Shown here one piece after another: positions 38,596 to 50,571 of a DNA stretch of 64,000 nt (position 1 is its first letter; every line of letters begins with the position of its first letter). The stretch is from positions 7,316,001 through 7,380,000 of the forward strand of contig JBHGNT010000013.1 of NCBI GenBank assembly GCA_043228905.1, written 5' to 3'. A program made the position numbers and the translations under genes. The notes beneath the pieces were generated by a model. The model was not told the DNA's origin. It did not search any database and saw nothing but the letters and a program-made list of their open reading frames with translations. The DNA comes from Azolla caroliniana. Lineage: Eukaryota; Plantae; Polypodiophyta.

Positions 38596-39549
38596 AATTC
38601 CCAGCTCACCGATAAACTCCATCCATATGATTTCCTTGCCGGCTTCCGATGCGGCCATATATTCGGCTTCTGTGGTTGATAACACCACGACTACCACAAA
38701 ATGGCTCCCCCTACATAAGTCATTATGTACCCGGACGTGGATCGGTTGGTATCCACATCATCCGACATGTCTGAGTCAGTATAACCTTTCGGTGTGGGGT
38801 TACTTGAACCGAAATGGAGACACACGTTCGAGGTGCCTTTTAGGTATTGAAGTATCCACTTCACGGCAACCCAATGCTCTCTTCTGGGGTTGCTCATATA
38901 TTGGCTAACCACGCCGATTGCATATCCTATGTCCGACCTAGTACATGCCATCACGTACATCAGGCTTCCAACTGTCGAGGCATAAGGAACCTTTGACATC
39001 TCAGCCTTCTCGGTTTTCGATTTCGGACATTGTTCTTTGGTTAGCTTGCAATTCATCGGCAGTGTTGAGCTGACCGGTTTCATGCTTTCCATGCCGAATC
39101 TCTGGAGCATCTTTGTCATGTATTTGTCTTGTGACAGCCACAACAATTTCTTTGTTCGATCCCGAACAATGTGCATCCCCAGGATTTTCTTTGCCGGACC
39201 CATATCCTTCATTGAAAACGATTTGATCAAGGCTGTCTTCAGCACTTGGATCTTTGTATGGTCCCGTCCACCAATTAGCATGTCTTCCACATACAACAGA
39301 AGGATCAGGAAATCTCCTCCGTCGAATTTCTTCACAAATACGTAGTGATCAGCCTGCATTTTGTGGTACCCGTTGTTAGTCATGAAGGATTCGAATTTTT
39401 GATACCATTGCCAAGGTTTTTGCTTCAACCCGTACAAGCTCTTCCTTAATCGGCATACAGGGTTCTCTTTGCCTTTCTCTACAAATCCTTTTGGTTAGTG
39501 CATATAGGTCTCCTCTTTGAGATCACCGTGCAGAAACACCATCTTGTGC

Positions 39550-40170
39550 TGTTGTAGTGTATTCCACACACTACGTGAAAACCATAAAATAATATATCCG
39601 ATTTTAGATACATATAAATAAATAAATAATATATCAAAACATTTATCACGTGCATAGGGCAGGATTTGAACCCTGCACCTCCACGTAGATAAACCCCAAC
39701 TTTACCATTGTAATAACTTATCTTTAGTGTTATATATATACATTTAATACGTATAACACCTTTATTTAATAAAGGTAAAAATCATGTATTCTTTAGGGTG
39801 TGAATATTTTATTTACACGTGACATTAAAAGTGACTCATGCACATCTAGCGTGCATGAGCCCTATACTTAGGAAATGACAAAGCATCACATGCACATTTA
39901 GTGTGCATGGACACTTTTGGTGAAAAAGCATGAAGCCATGCTTAGCCTCTTCCATCTTTATATAAGGAGGAGAGAAATATGTATAAGGTTGTTGATTAAT
40001 ATACAAGGATTGATCAATCTAATAAACTCGTGGGATTCACGAGATTGCTATCTTACTTCTCTTTCCACTATTGATAACTAGCCTTAAGTTGTATTCCTCT
40101 TCCTCCTAGTCAAAAACCTCGGCGGTTCCCACCCGACTCACGCAACGATCCGGAGCCGAAAGGCACGACA
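39550..40170 (+). repeat. 5' LTR of gypsy G
   Basis: tgttgtagtg...ggcacgaca, with a TATA-like tatataagg at ~39959. Confidence 0.95.
39651..39717 (-). promoter_or_regulatory. tRNA-like Pol III A/B-box module in the G LTR (also 45901-45967 and 36907-36967)
   Basis: Minus strand TTACAATGGTAA...GCAGGGTT(C/T)(A/G)AATCCTGC followed by TTTT. The solo-LTR copy has TAGTGTAATGG and GCAAGGATCGAATCTTGC. Confidence 0.55.
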
Positions 40171-40175
40171 CAAGT

Positions 40176-40192
40176 TAGTGAACCCGACGTGA
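40176..40192 (+). promoter_or_regulatory. Primer-binding site, tRNA-Trp type
   Basis: TAGTGAACCCGACGTGA (H copy: TGGTGAACCCGACATGA). The consensus TGGTGAACCCGACGTGA is complementary to the 3' end of plant tRNA-Trp (..TCACGTCGGGTTCACCA, from recall). Confidence 0.75.
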
Positions 40193-40210
40193 AAACCAGG
40201 TGGCAAGGAG

Positions 40211-42253
40211 ATGGAAAATCAACCGGAGGCTAGCAACATGATGATGATGTTCAAGCGCATGCTACAAGAACAACGCGCGATGTCGGAGATAGTGGCATTA
40301 GTGGAGCGGCTCGTGCAACGACACGGGCAATTCAACGGGAAAGACGTGTCGCGGTATCTTCAGGACTACAAGGCGGAGATGCTACGGTGCGGAATATCGG
40401 AAGGACTGCAAGTGACGTCCTTCAACCGGGTGGCGACCGACGGGCTTCAAGCAAGCATTCATGGGCTACGACAACAAAATCCGACATGGGAGGCATTTGA
40501 AGAAGAGCTAAAGAGGACGTTCGCCATCGAGGATTCCTCCAAGGCGACACGAAGGGGATTCGAAGATTGGGTGGAGACGCCGGACAAGGGATTGAAGGTC
40601 GTTGATGTGTTTTCGGCATTCGAAAGCCGGTTCGGGAGGTTGTCCGCGAGAGATCAAGCTATCCTCGTACCGGACAAGGTGATCATATTCTTGTGAGCTG
40701 TGGACGTCCGGGACCGGAAAGATCTCGGAGTGCTCTTGGAGGACACGACCACGGAGAGTGGCCTCACCGAAACATGGGAAAGCGTGCGGGATATCGTCGT
40801 GTGATACACGAAGAGGGGGCAATGGTTTGCCAATGAGGAAAAGAGGGTTTCGGAACCGATTCCGAAACCGAGAACCGGATTGTAAGACCATCAACCAAGG
40901 GCTCGGGAGACTACAACCGAGAAGGGGATTGATGCATCTACGGTGGAGCAACTATTGAAGGAGATGGAGAATCTGAAGATCGTGATGGTGAAGAAGTCGG
41001 ATGACCGCCCCACAAGCTCCAAGTATACGAACCGACGGTGCATATGGTGCGATAGCGCCGAACACGATCGGAGGGATTGCGACGAGCATAAGGAGGCGCT
41101 ACGGTGGGATCTCATCTACTACGAGGGAAACCGGATTCATTCAATGGACTCTCGGAAGCCACTCCGACCGAACTTCCGGAAAGGCGGCATGAAGAAGGTG
41201 CTCGAGGAGGAATTGGCAGCAAGAAGCAACTATGCGACAACCGCGGGAATATGTGTCGGGGAGTCATCGAGAGCAAAGACGTCTTTTTGGCCGGAAGTTC
41301 TAGAAAACACCGAGAAAACCGACTCCAACGAGATCCGAAGCACCACGGAAGGCGTCCGAGAAGCTATGGGATGGGAGTGCCCTGTCGACAAGAATAGCGT
41401 ATACGCCCTATGTCAATTGCATAAGGTGTATGTGGACGAGAAACGATGACGCACGGAGGATGCGGCCGGGCCATCGAAGATACTGGAAAGCTGGAACTCC
41501 GGAGGTAAGGGGAAAGAAAAGGCGACTCCGGCATTCAAGCTCGCCTCGGACATAGAACAACAAACCGACTTGAAAAGAGTGTTCGAGGAAAGAATCTTGG
41601 ATAGCCGAGTAGATTTCTCGCTTCGGGAGCTACTCGGAATAGCAAAGAAGGAGTTCCACGATCTTCTCGTGGATCTCGTGAAGCGAAAAAGACAAAGTAC
41701 GGAGGAAAATGCTCGAAGGGTGAATGCGAACACTGTTTTAATGAACGACACCGAAGTGGAGGACGAAATTCCGAACTCCCACTATACAAGGCCACATTGG
41801 GCACGCGCGACTACGGAGACTCCGGTCCGAATCGGCAACATCAAAGCACCCGTGCTAGCATTGATTGATCACGGATCGGAGATCAACTTGATGTCCAAGG
41901 AGTTCTACCGGAAGGGGAAGTGGCCTATTAACACCAACCATGGATGGAAGATTCGGGCGGCCACCAAAGCAACGGAAGATCTATTTGCGGCTTGTCCGGA
42001 TGTGACGGTGAAGATCGGGGATGTCGAGATCGACCAAAATTTATTCGTGCAAGATGAGGTTTCACATTCCGTCATCCTCGGCCAACCCTTTATGACGGCA
42101 TCACGGATGGAGACAAAGGTGCTCGATAGCGGTGCGGCTTTTGCGCGAATTCGGAGCCAAAACGGTGGGAAATCCGTCCAATTCCTAACGGTGCCGGCAA
42201 ATCACGAAAGGAACAAGAGGGAACTCTTGTCCCAAGTGAGAATGGATTTTTAA
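40211..42253 (+). pseudogene. gypsy G ORF1: gag + aspartic protease (premature stops)
   Basis: CIWCDSAEHDRRDC knuckle and ALIDHGSEINLM protease. Ends ATG GAT TTT TAA. Confidence 0.88.
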
Positions 42254-42307
42254 AGCGGACTGTTGCGGAGTGGGGAAGTGATAGTCCGAGAAGCCCTGAT
42301 ACCCCAC
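42244..42307 (+). promoter_or_regulatory. Putative -1 ribosomal frameshift signal (G GAT TTT + H-type pseudoknot)
   Basis: Heptamer 42244-42250, stem CGGACTGTTGC/GTGATAGTCCG, and loop GTGGGG pairing with CCCCAC at 42302-42307. The -1 frame is open into the RT ORF. Conserved in H. Confidence 0.75.
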
Positions 42308-45300
42308 ACAGGAAGAAAACTCTCGGAGCAAAACATGTACGAATCGGTCCGGATGGGGCATCTACGTACACGACCGTAACCGGAGGATTGAAGAAAGGAT
42401 ACCGACAAGTGGAGGAGAAGTTGCGGTCGGCATCAATAATAAAAGAAGATGAAGAAATCATGGGGATAGTCGAAGAAGTGTTCTATGGGAGCACGCTACA
42501 ACGACTTGAAGAGCTTGCGGAAGATAAAAGCCAAGGGAACCGGGTAGTCCCGGTGGAATCGGTCGAGATGTACGAGATCATTGCGAAAATGGAGCCGGAT
42601 ACGCTCCGCAAAGAAGAAGCAATGGTAAGTACGAAATACAAGACCGTGGAGAAGAAGGTGAAACCGGCCGCGGGACCACTACCCACCGATAGCGAACAAA
42701 AGAGGAAAGAAGTCTCGGGAAATCCGACACTTCGGAAGTCCGTGGATATTGGACATGCCTTCACGGATGAGACCCGGAAGAAACTTCGGATCGGTGGAGG
42801 TGGGTTCCTATTACAAAATGAAGAAGAACGGTTTTGCGAGATGTTGGAGCAACACGGCAAAGCGTTTGCATTTACATCAAGGGAGATAGGGTGCGTCGAT
42901 CCGAGAATAGTGGAGCCGATGATTATCTTCACGATTGACCATGTACCGTGGAACCTGAAGCCGATTCCGGTGCCACGAGCGCATATTCCTAAAGTCGTTG
43001 ACTTGCTCAAGGAGAAGGTGGCGATGGGGATTCTAGAGCCATCAACTGCTCCGTACTCAAATCGATGGTTTACGGTTCCGAAGAAGAATGGGTCACTCCG
43101 ATTTATCCAAGACTTGCAACCGGTGAATAAGGTCACGATCCGGAACTCGGGAGTCGGTCCGATAGTGGACGAATTTGCGGAAGCTTTTGCCGGTCGTGCG
43201 ATATACTCCATCGGAGACCTATACTCACAACGATGCGAACACCGATAGGATTAGTCTGAATGTGCACACTACCACAAGGAGAGACAAACTCGGTTGCTCA
43301 TATGATGAACGCGATGAACAAGGTGCTTCGAGACTGCATTCCGGAGATAACGATGCCGTTCCTCGACGACATTCCGATGAAAGGATGCGCGGTAGAAGAA
43401 AAAGATGAGACTATGGATGATCGGGGATGCCGAAAGTTCGTGGTCGACCATATTCATGATTGTGAGAAAGTGTTGCGAAAGCTAGAAGATGTGCACCTAA
43501 CACTTTCCGGGGAGAAATCAGCATTCGGGCAAGAAGAAATATTGGTGGTCGGACATCTATGTGGGCCCTACGGCCGAAGACCGTCACCAACAAAGATCGA
43601 TGCGATTCAAGCTATGGAGGAAGTATGCGAGTCAACATCCGAAGTCCGAAGGTTTCTCGGTGCATGTGCATTCTATCACATATGGATTCTGCACTATGCA
43701 CATATAGCGGACCCGCTCTACCACTTGTTGCGGAAAGGTAAGAAATTCGAATGGAAACCGGAACACACCAAAGCCATGAAGAAATTGAAGAAGACACTTC
43801 GGAGGGCAGAAGCACTTAAGAAGTCGAGCTACGACCGACCGATCATAGTAACGGTTGATACAAGTCCAACCGGTATCGGGTGGGTCATCAATCAAGCCGA
43901 CTCGGATGGTTCACGGTATCCGATCCGATTCGGAGCAAAGGTTCTCAACGAAAGGCAACGTGGATATGCACAAGTCAAAAGAGAACTGTGGGGAGTCGTG
44001 TCGGCGATAAAATCGGATCGGGATTATTTGATCGGAACCGAAGTGGTGATCGAGACGCATTGTCTTCCGATACTCGGGATGATGCGGTGTTGTACGATAC
44101 CGGATGTAGCTATGCTAAGGTGGGTTGCATATGTCAAGTCGCTTAATCCGGAGGTTCGACACATCTCGGGGAAGGACAACGCGGTAGCGGATATGTTATC
44201 AAGGGCTCGGTTCGGAGACGACATAACCAAATCGGATAATGAAGAAGTTTTCGAAGACTACTTCGCGTCGGAGCACATATGCCGAGTGAACGTAATCCGA
44301 GAATTCCGGGAAGAAGAATACGAGGGAGAAAGCTTGATGATCGGAAAGATGTTACAAGAGGCCGAGGATTCAACAAATGATAAAGGAAGAAGAGCCAAGA
44401 TCCGAAGGAAGAAGAGGCAAGTCCAAAAGTTCTTCTTGGAAAACGGATTAATATGGAGGGCGCCGAAAAGACCGGATGGTATACCACTTCGAGTAGTCGG
44501 GACAAAAGAGCAACAAAACCGGATAATGTCCGAGTTTCACGAATCCGATTGGGCTAGACACCGAGGAACATGGGCAACATTTGTGAAGATCAAGCAAAAA
44601 TATTGGTGGAAGAAAATGTACAAAGATGTCGCGGAGTTCACGGGAAGCTGCGAGAAATGTCAAGTCTACTCCGGGGTTCGACATCGAGATGAGCTACATC
44701 CGACATTCTCACCGACAATCAACTTCAAGTGGATGGTCGACATAGTGGCCATGCTGACCGGGATCAGACAAAAGAAATACTTGGTATTAGCTCGGGAAGA
44801 TCTCACGAATCAAGTAGAAGGTCGAGCGCTTCAGAGGAAAACGTGTTCCGCGGTATGCCAATTTCTTTTGGAGGAAGTATTTTGCAGGTACGGGTGCGTA
44901 GGACAAGTGATTGCGGACCGGGGAGAACTCGACTTGGACAAAGCTAAGGGATTCTTTGCCAAACACGGAGTTCGGTTATCGCTGACAACGGCATACAATC
45001 TGGAGGCCAACGGGAAAATCGAACGAGGACATAGTCCGATCGTGAAAGCACTTGCGAAGGCATGCGATGGCAAGGTGAAGGACTGGCCGCAGATGCTTCC
45101 ATATGCACTATGGGCGGATCGGACGACGCATAGCTCCATAACTGGTTACATGCCGGCAGAACTCATGACCGGACAAGCACCGGTAATGCCGACGGAAACC
45201 GCGATCGCAACATGGACAGTGCTACCGTGGAAGGAAGAGATGAGCCGGGAAGAACTACTAGTGGTCCGGATACGACAACTAGAGGGAAGATCGGCAGACA

Positions 45301-45842
45301 TAGCGGAAGCAATACGCCGACAACAAGAAGCACGATTCCGGAACAAAAGCCGGTTCGACACAAAGCACCGATTACGACCGAGGAGGATTGAAGAAGGAGA
45401 TTGGGTGATCGTCTATGACAGTAGTTTGGACCATCAACATACAACGATGCGGAAATTCGTGAAAAGGTGGTTCAGGCCATACGAGGTTCGCAAAATCTTC
45501 GACATCGGAACGTACCGACTGTCCGAGTTGGATGGAACAATACTACGAGTGCCTATAGCCGGGAAGCGGGTGAAGATTTTCAAGAAGCGGACCGACGACA
45601 AACCCTATGTGATCCAAGCCAAGGCCGACAACGAGGAGCAATCGGACGAAGACCACGGTGATGCGGGAAGCGAAGAAAGCGAATTACAACTCATAGTCGA
45701 CATAAGGGGAGAATCGGAGGAAGCTTTGGGTGAAGACGGATATGAGGAATCGAGAACTTCGGCACATACCGAAGGATGTGCGGGTTCGGAGGGGGCGAGT
45801 GTCGTAGTGTATTCCACACACTACGTGAAAACAATAAAATAA
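42244..45842 (+). pseudogene. gypsy G ORF2: RT-RNase H-integrase (one deletion/frameshift near 43228)
   Basis: PYSNRWFTVPKKNG, LPQG, FLDD, VTVDTSP, HRGTWATF, IADRGE, ANGKIERGH and a GPY-like WFRPY. Confidence 0.9.
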
Positions 45843-46418
45843 TATATCCGATTTTAGATACATATAAATAAATAAATAATATATCAAAACATTTATCACG
45901 TGCATAGGGCAGGATTCAAACCCTGCACCTCCACGTAGATAAACCCCAACTTTACCATTGTAATAACTTATCTTTAGTGTTATATATACATTTAATACGT
46001 ATAACACCTTTATTTAATAAAGGTAAAAATCATGTATTCTTTAGGGTGTGAATATTTTATTTACACGTGACATTAAAAGTGACTCATGCACATCTAGCGT
46101 GCATGAGCCCTATACTTAGGAAATGACAAAGCATCACATGCACATTTAGTGTGCATGGACACTTTTGGTGAAAAAGCATGAAGCCATGCTTAGCCTCTTC
46201 CATCTTTATATAAGGAGGAGAGAAATATGTATAAGGTTGTTGATTAATATACAAGGATTGATCAATCTAATAAACTCGTGGGATTCACGAGATTGCTATC
46301 TTACTTCTCTTTCCACTATTGATAACTAGCCTTAAGTTGTATTCCTCTTCCTCCTAGTCAAAAACCTCGGCGGTTCCCACCCGACCCACGCAACGATCCG
46401 GAGCCGAAAGGCACGACA
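45800..46418 (+). repeat. 3' LTR of gypsy G
   Basis: Near-identical to 39550-40170. Confidence 0.95.
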
Positions 46419-48564
46419 GCGTGACTTCGAGATCCATGCTGGCCGCGATGCTCAGCACAGTTCGGATTGACGTCATCTTTAGGACCGGGGCAAATATTTC
46501 GTCGAAATCGACACCCGTCTTCTGTTGGAAACCTTTCACAACTATTCGTGCTTTGTAGCTGGGTGGATTCTCGCCATCTCCCAGTTTCAACTTGTATACC
46601 CATTTATTCCGAAGTGCCTTCTTTTCTCTCAGCAATTCGGTCAGTTCATATGTGTGGTTCTCATGCAAAGAATTCATCTCCTCTTGCATCACACTCAACC
46701 ACTTTCGGTTGTGGGTATCTTCCTTGGCTTCTTCAAAACTTTCCGGCTCCCCTCATTGGTTAGTATTACACGCTCTTCATCCAGAAATCTTAGGGGGGGC
46801 CTCCTTTCTCTTAGGGGATATCTTCGGCCTCCATTCGGCATGGTCGGTTCTTCTTCGACTTCTTCGGCCGATTCAAATTCGGTTTGTTGTTCTGTTCGGT
46901 TGTTTCCCCTTGCTCTTCAGTCGGTTCTCGATTATGCCGAGTATTAACTTGGCCGACTGGCTCAGATTCAATTTTGATCCAATCGGCTTCTACTCGATTC
47001 GACCGAACATCGACTCAGTTCGATTCGGTAGTTGGAGACTTATTCTCAATCTCCCAGTCAACTATTGTCTTTTCCTCCATGAAGACAATGTCGTGGCTCC
47101 TAATTACTTTCTTCCCGGCGAAGTTCCATAGCCGATAGCCATATTTATTATTGTCGTAGTCGAGAAATATGCATGGCCGAGATTTTGGGTCCAACTTCCC
47201 CCTCTGGTCCTTTGCCACATGCACATCAGCAGGATAGCTGAACACCCTCAAATGTCGGTACAATACGTCTTTGCCACTCCACACCCTTTGTGGAATACAC
47301 CGTCCAAGGGTATTGAGGGTGATCGGTTTATCACGTATGTTGCTGTCATCAACGCCTTAGCCGAGAACATCTTCGGTAACTTAGCATGTGCAAGCATACT
47401 TTGAACCCTTTCCATTACAGTCTAGTTCATTCTCTCAGCCAACCCATTAAGCTCTGGTGTCTTCTGCATGGTATACTTGAGCCGGGTTCCTTGATTTCAG
47501 TAATATTTGTCGAACGGTCCATGGTACTCTCTGCCATTGTCCGCTCAGACTGCCTTCTATTTTCGGCCGGTTTCTCTCTCGAACATCTCTTGGAACTCTT
47601 TGAAGACGGATAACACTTAATCCTTCGTCTTTAGCACGGAAGCCCACAACTTCTTGCTACAGTCATCAATGAAGTTTATGAAATACTGTGAACCACCATG
47701 CGACTTCGTGTCCACATAGCATACGTTCGTATGTACTTGTTTCAACGGTATTTTCTTCTTCATCGGGGGCCTCGTTCGGAAGGATGTTCGATTCTACTTA
47801 CTGGGCAAGCAATCCGTGCACTTCTCAAGTTGCATGTTCTTCACCTTAGGAACAAGGTTGTCCTCGGAAAGCTTTTGCATCCCCTTCTCGCTCATATGGC
47901 ACAACCTCCTCTACTACAGTTCACCGACCATGTCGGTTGCCACGTTTGCTTCCCCTCGGCATATTCGTGCATTCATTATGTACAATGTGTTGGTCTTCCG
48001 AGGTCGAGCTACGATCAGACTTCCTCGGTAGAACTTCATGACACCGTTTCGGATGCTACCCGTGTAGCCTTCATCATCTAGCCAACCGACTGATATTAGG
48101 TTCTATCGAACCTTCGGAACGTGTCGTACATCTCGCAACACGAGTCTGAACCTGGTTGAGGTTTCCAAACACACATCTCCAATGCCGACGATTCGGTATG
48201 CTACTTCATTTCCCATCTTTACAGATCCGAGATCTCCGGCTCTGTAGGATGAGAAGCACTTTCGGTCAAGGGTTAGGTGGAATGTCGCACCCGAATTGAC
48301 CACCCATGTCGATTCTTCGCCGGCGACATAAGCAACAACTCCTCACTCGTGATGATTGTTGAGGTGTTGTTTCTGTCTGGGATTTTCTCCAGCTCTATAC
48401 CATCTGCATCGAACTTGTCTGGTCTTTTATCTCCGAACTGCACCGGCAACCAGAGGTCTTTGTACACGAGCATGTCTCTCATCTTTGATTTCCACAGTGA
48501 GTAGTTGGAGCGGGTTAGCTTAAACATGCCACCGAATGAGTATTCCATCGCTCTGATACCACTT

Positions 48565-49104
48565 TGTTAGGAATTGACCGGCCACAACCGGTTTCACGTT
48601 CGTATTCGTGTGCAGTAACCAAGAACTAGTACACATACAAGAAAAATGTGAAGACACAGAGACCTGAAATGGGAAAAACACGGGGGTCCACAAACCTTGT
48701 GAAAATAGATCACTATAGTAGGGAGGAAGTATAAATACGGAACTCGGAGGCAGCGAGCTCGAGTTCTCCTTCGTCTAACAGACAGCTACAAAGTTACACT
48801 CTCACTCTCTCACTCACGATTATAGAGGCAACTGCCTCGTTCTGACTTATTCAATAATGATCACTAACTTTTTCTATAAGGTTTCCCCTAGTTGGTCATA
48901 AACCAAAGCAACTTTTTGGCTATTTACAAGTATAGCCCCTAGGAGGCATTTTTGACTATTTACAATTATAGTCTTCCGAAACGATTTCGGTTTCGGTTTC
49001 GGTTTCGATTTCGATTTCGGTTTCAGATTTCGGTTTCAGTTTCGCCTGAGATACTCACCAACATAGTCCTTATCTTCCCATCCAGAGGGACTTGTTTCCC
49101 AACA
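48565..49104 (-). repeat. 5' LTR of copia K
   Basis: tgttagg...cccaaca, adjacent to the PBS, with TTTCGG subrepeats. Confidence 0.8.
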
Positions 49105-50110
49105 ATTCCTTCTGTAACCGATTCCTGCGGAACCGTTGTCACTATTTCTGGTCTTGTTACCAACTCGGCCTCCGTCCTAGGTGCCACCACCGTTGAGCGG
49201 GGAATCGGTGTGTTGTCCTTTTCCGGACTCGATCCTTCCACATGCTGCTCACTGTTGCGGTTCCTTGGGTGACGCTGGAGGGTTTCAACAAGTTCTTCCT
49301 GAGCCTCCTCTTCCGCGGTTTCCTGGTGTACCCTTCGTACCAAGTCTTCCTGGTCCCTGTCATGCGGGCACAACTTTATCTTGATCGGTTTTGCTGTCTT
49401 CTCCGGAACTTCCTCCATCGGTTTCTGTCTTCGGTTTGCCGATGCTTCCCGCTCTCCATTTGGGGGTGTGGTTTGGTAGGAGTTGATGCTATTTGGATGA
49501 CTTATTCAGAGTTGTGCTTCTTTGGCCTAATGGCGCGTGTTGGGGGTACCAATAATGTTAGCCACTGTGCTAATCCGCCCCATGCCTTCTTCCCATCCAT
49601 TACGGACGTTATTCCTGCCCGTAACGAGTCTCCCACAATCACCAGCCAATCCACCTTGAGGCCTTCGAATATTGCGATTATGAATCCAGCCCTGTTTTTC
49701 GGCATGGCAGGTGGTTGAGGGTGCACAAATCCATATTCCAACAAGACACGAGCTACTTCCTAGAGCAGGGAATCCTCGCCACCCTGTGTCCGGTAAGCCT
49801 TGCTAGCTATGGAGTATTCACCAAAGTACTCGGTCAAAATTTCTATGGAAGGATTTTTGATGGAGCACATGCCTCCAGCAAGTAACTTGATGAGGGCCTA
49901 AACTATGCCTTTGGAGATTTAATCGAGTTTGATCATTGCTGCGACCTTCTCCGGTTCCTCATGTGGTGGTGCATCTGCTACCTGGATGAATCCTTCCAGG
50001 CCGTTCTTCGTGAGCCAATCTCTGGTAGCGTTCAAGAGTGTGATTGGGTCTGTGTCTTCTTCGTCGACTTCGCTGCTGCAGTTGTGTGCTTGGGCTTGGT
50101 TGGTTGCCTA
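49105..50110 (-). pseudogene. Extra ORF downstream of gypsy L integrase, unknown function
   Basis: One frame ..RDWLTKNGLEGFI..TEYFGEYS..LLEYGF..EGLKVDWLVIVGDSL..AQWLTLL with a few stops, then a low-complexity charged tail. Confidence 0.6.
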
Positions 50111-50571
50111 TGCTCGTCCGGAAGCTTGTGTGCTCTGTTCTGCTCTCAAAAACCTGTGTTCGTGAAATGACAATCCTTCGTTCGTCTAGAAGCTTTGTAC
50201 TCCCATTTCACTTAGCTGCCTCTTCTTGATTCCCGCGCATGCACGTCGTGTACAATAATAACATCATGACACCGCGTGGTGTGCTTTAAATGGGCTGATG
50301 TCACACCTTTTCATTGTGACCATTCAAAATCTCGAATAATATCTTTTTCTTTTCATTTTTTTTTCTTTTCCTGCATGCAACTTTTGCATGATCTCTTTCT
50401 TTCTTTTTTTTCCTTAAATCCTACGTACGGCCTAAGTACCTCGCCGTACCGAGTGTCGTTAGGTCATTCATTGGTATCCGGCTGGACTAGCTCCGTTGTC
50501 AACGGAAGTTCACTAATCACTACGTCCTCTCCAGCTTTCGGGTTCTGCCGATCCTACGTGTCTTGGAACGG

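Larger units (their letters stand above)
39550..46418 (+). mobile_element. Ty3/gypsy element G, full length
   Basis: LTRs 39550-40170 and 45800-46418 are near-identical. tRNA-Trp-type PBS 40176-40192 and PPT gagggggcgag before 45800. Domain order gag-PR / RT-RH-IN. Confidence 0.95.
38590..49104 (-). mobile_element. Ty1/copia element K (Tnt1/Tork-like), degenerate, host of gypsy G; 3' end lost
   Basis: 5' LTR 48565-49104 ends gagggacttgtttcccaaca like element N. PBS 48550-48561, deleted gag, protease/integrase 46950-48310, RT 46419-46700 and 38590-39549. Confidence 0.85.

Noticed and set aside
39651-39717. Bona fide tRNA gene
   Set aside because: No acceptor stem or credible anticodon arm. 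Only A/B boxes and a T-arm-like hairpin, reported as a Pol III-like module.
42483-43211. 242-aa antisense ORF in G (and similar antisense ORFs in J, N, F)
   Set aside because: Mirror frames of GC-rich pol sequence with no independent motifs.
48985-49040. Telomere-variant (TTTCGG)n tract and chimeric ORF 49023-49418
   Set aside because: The tract lies inside the K 5' LTR (which ends at 49104), and the ORF reads across the insertion junction.
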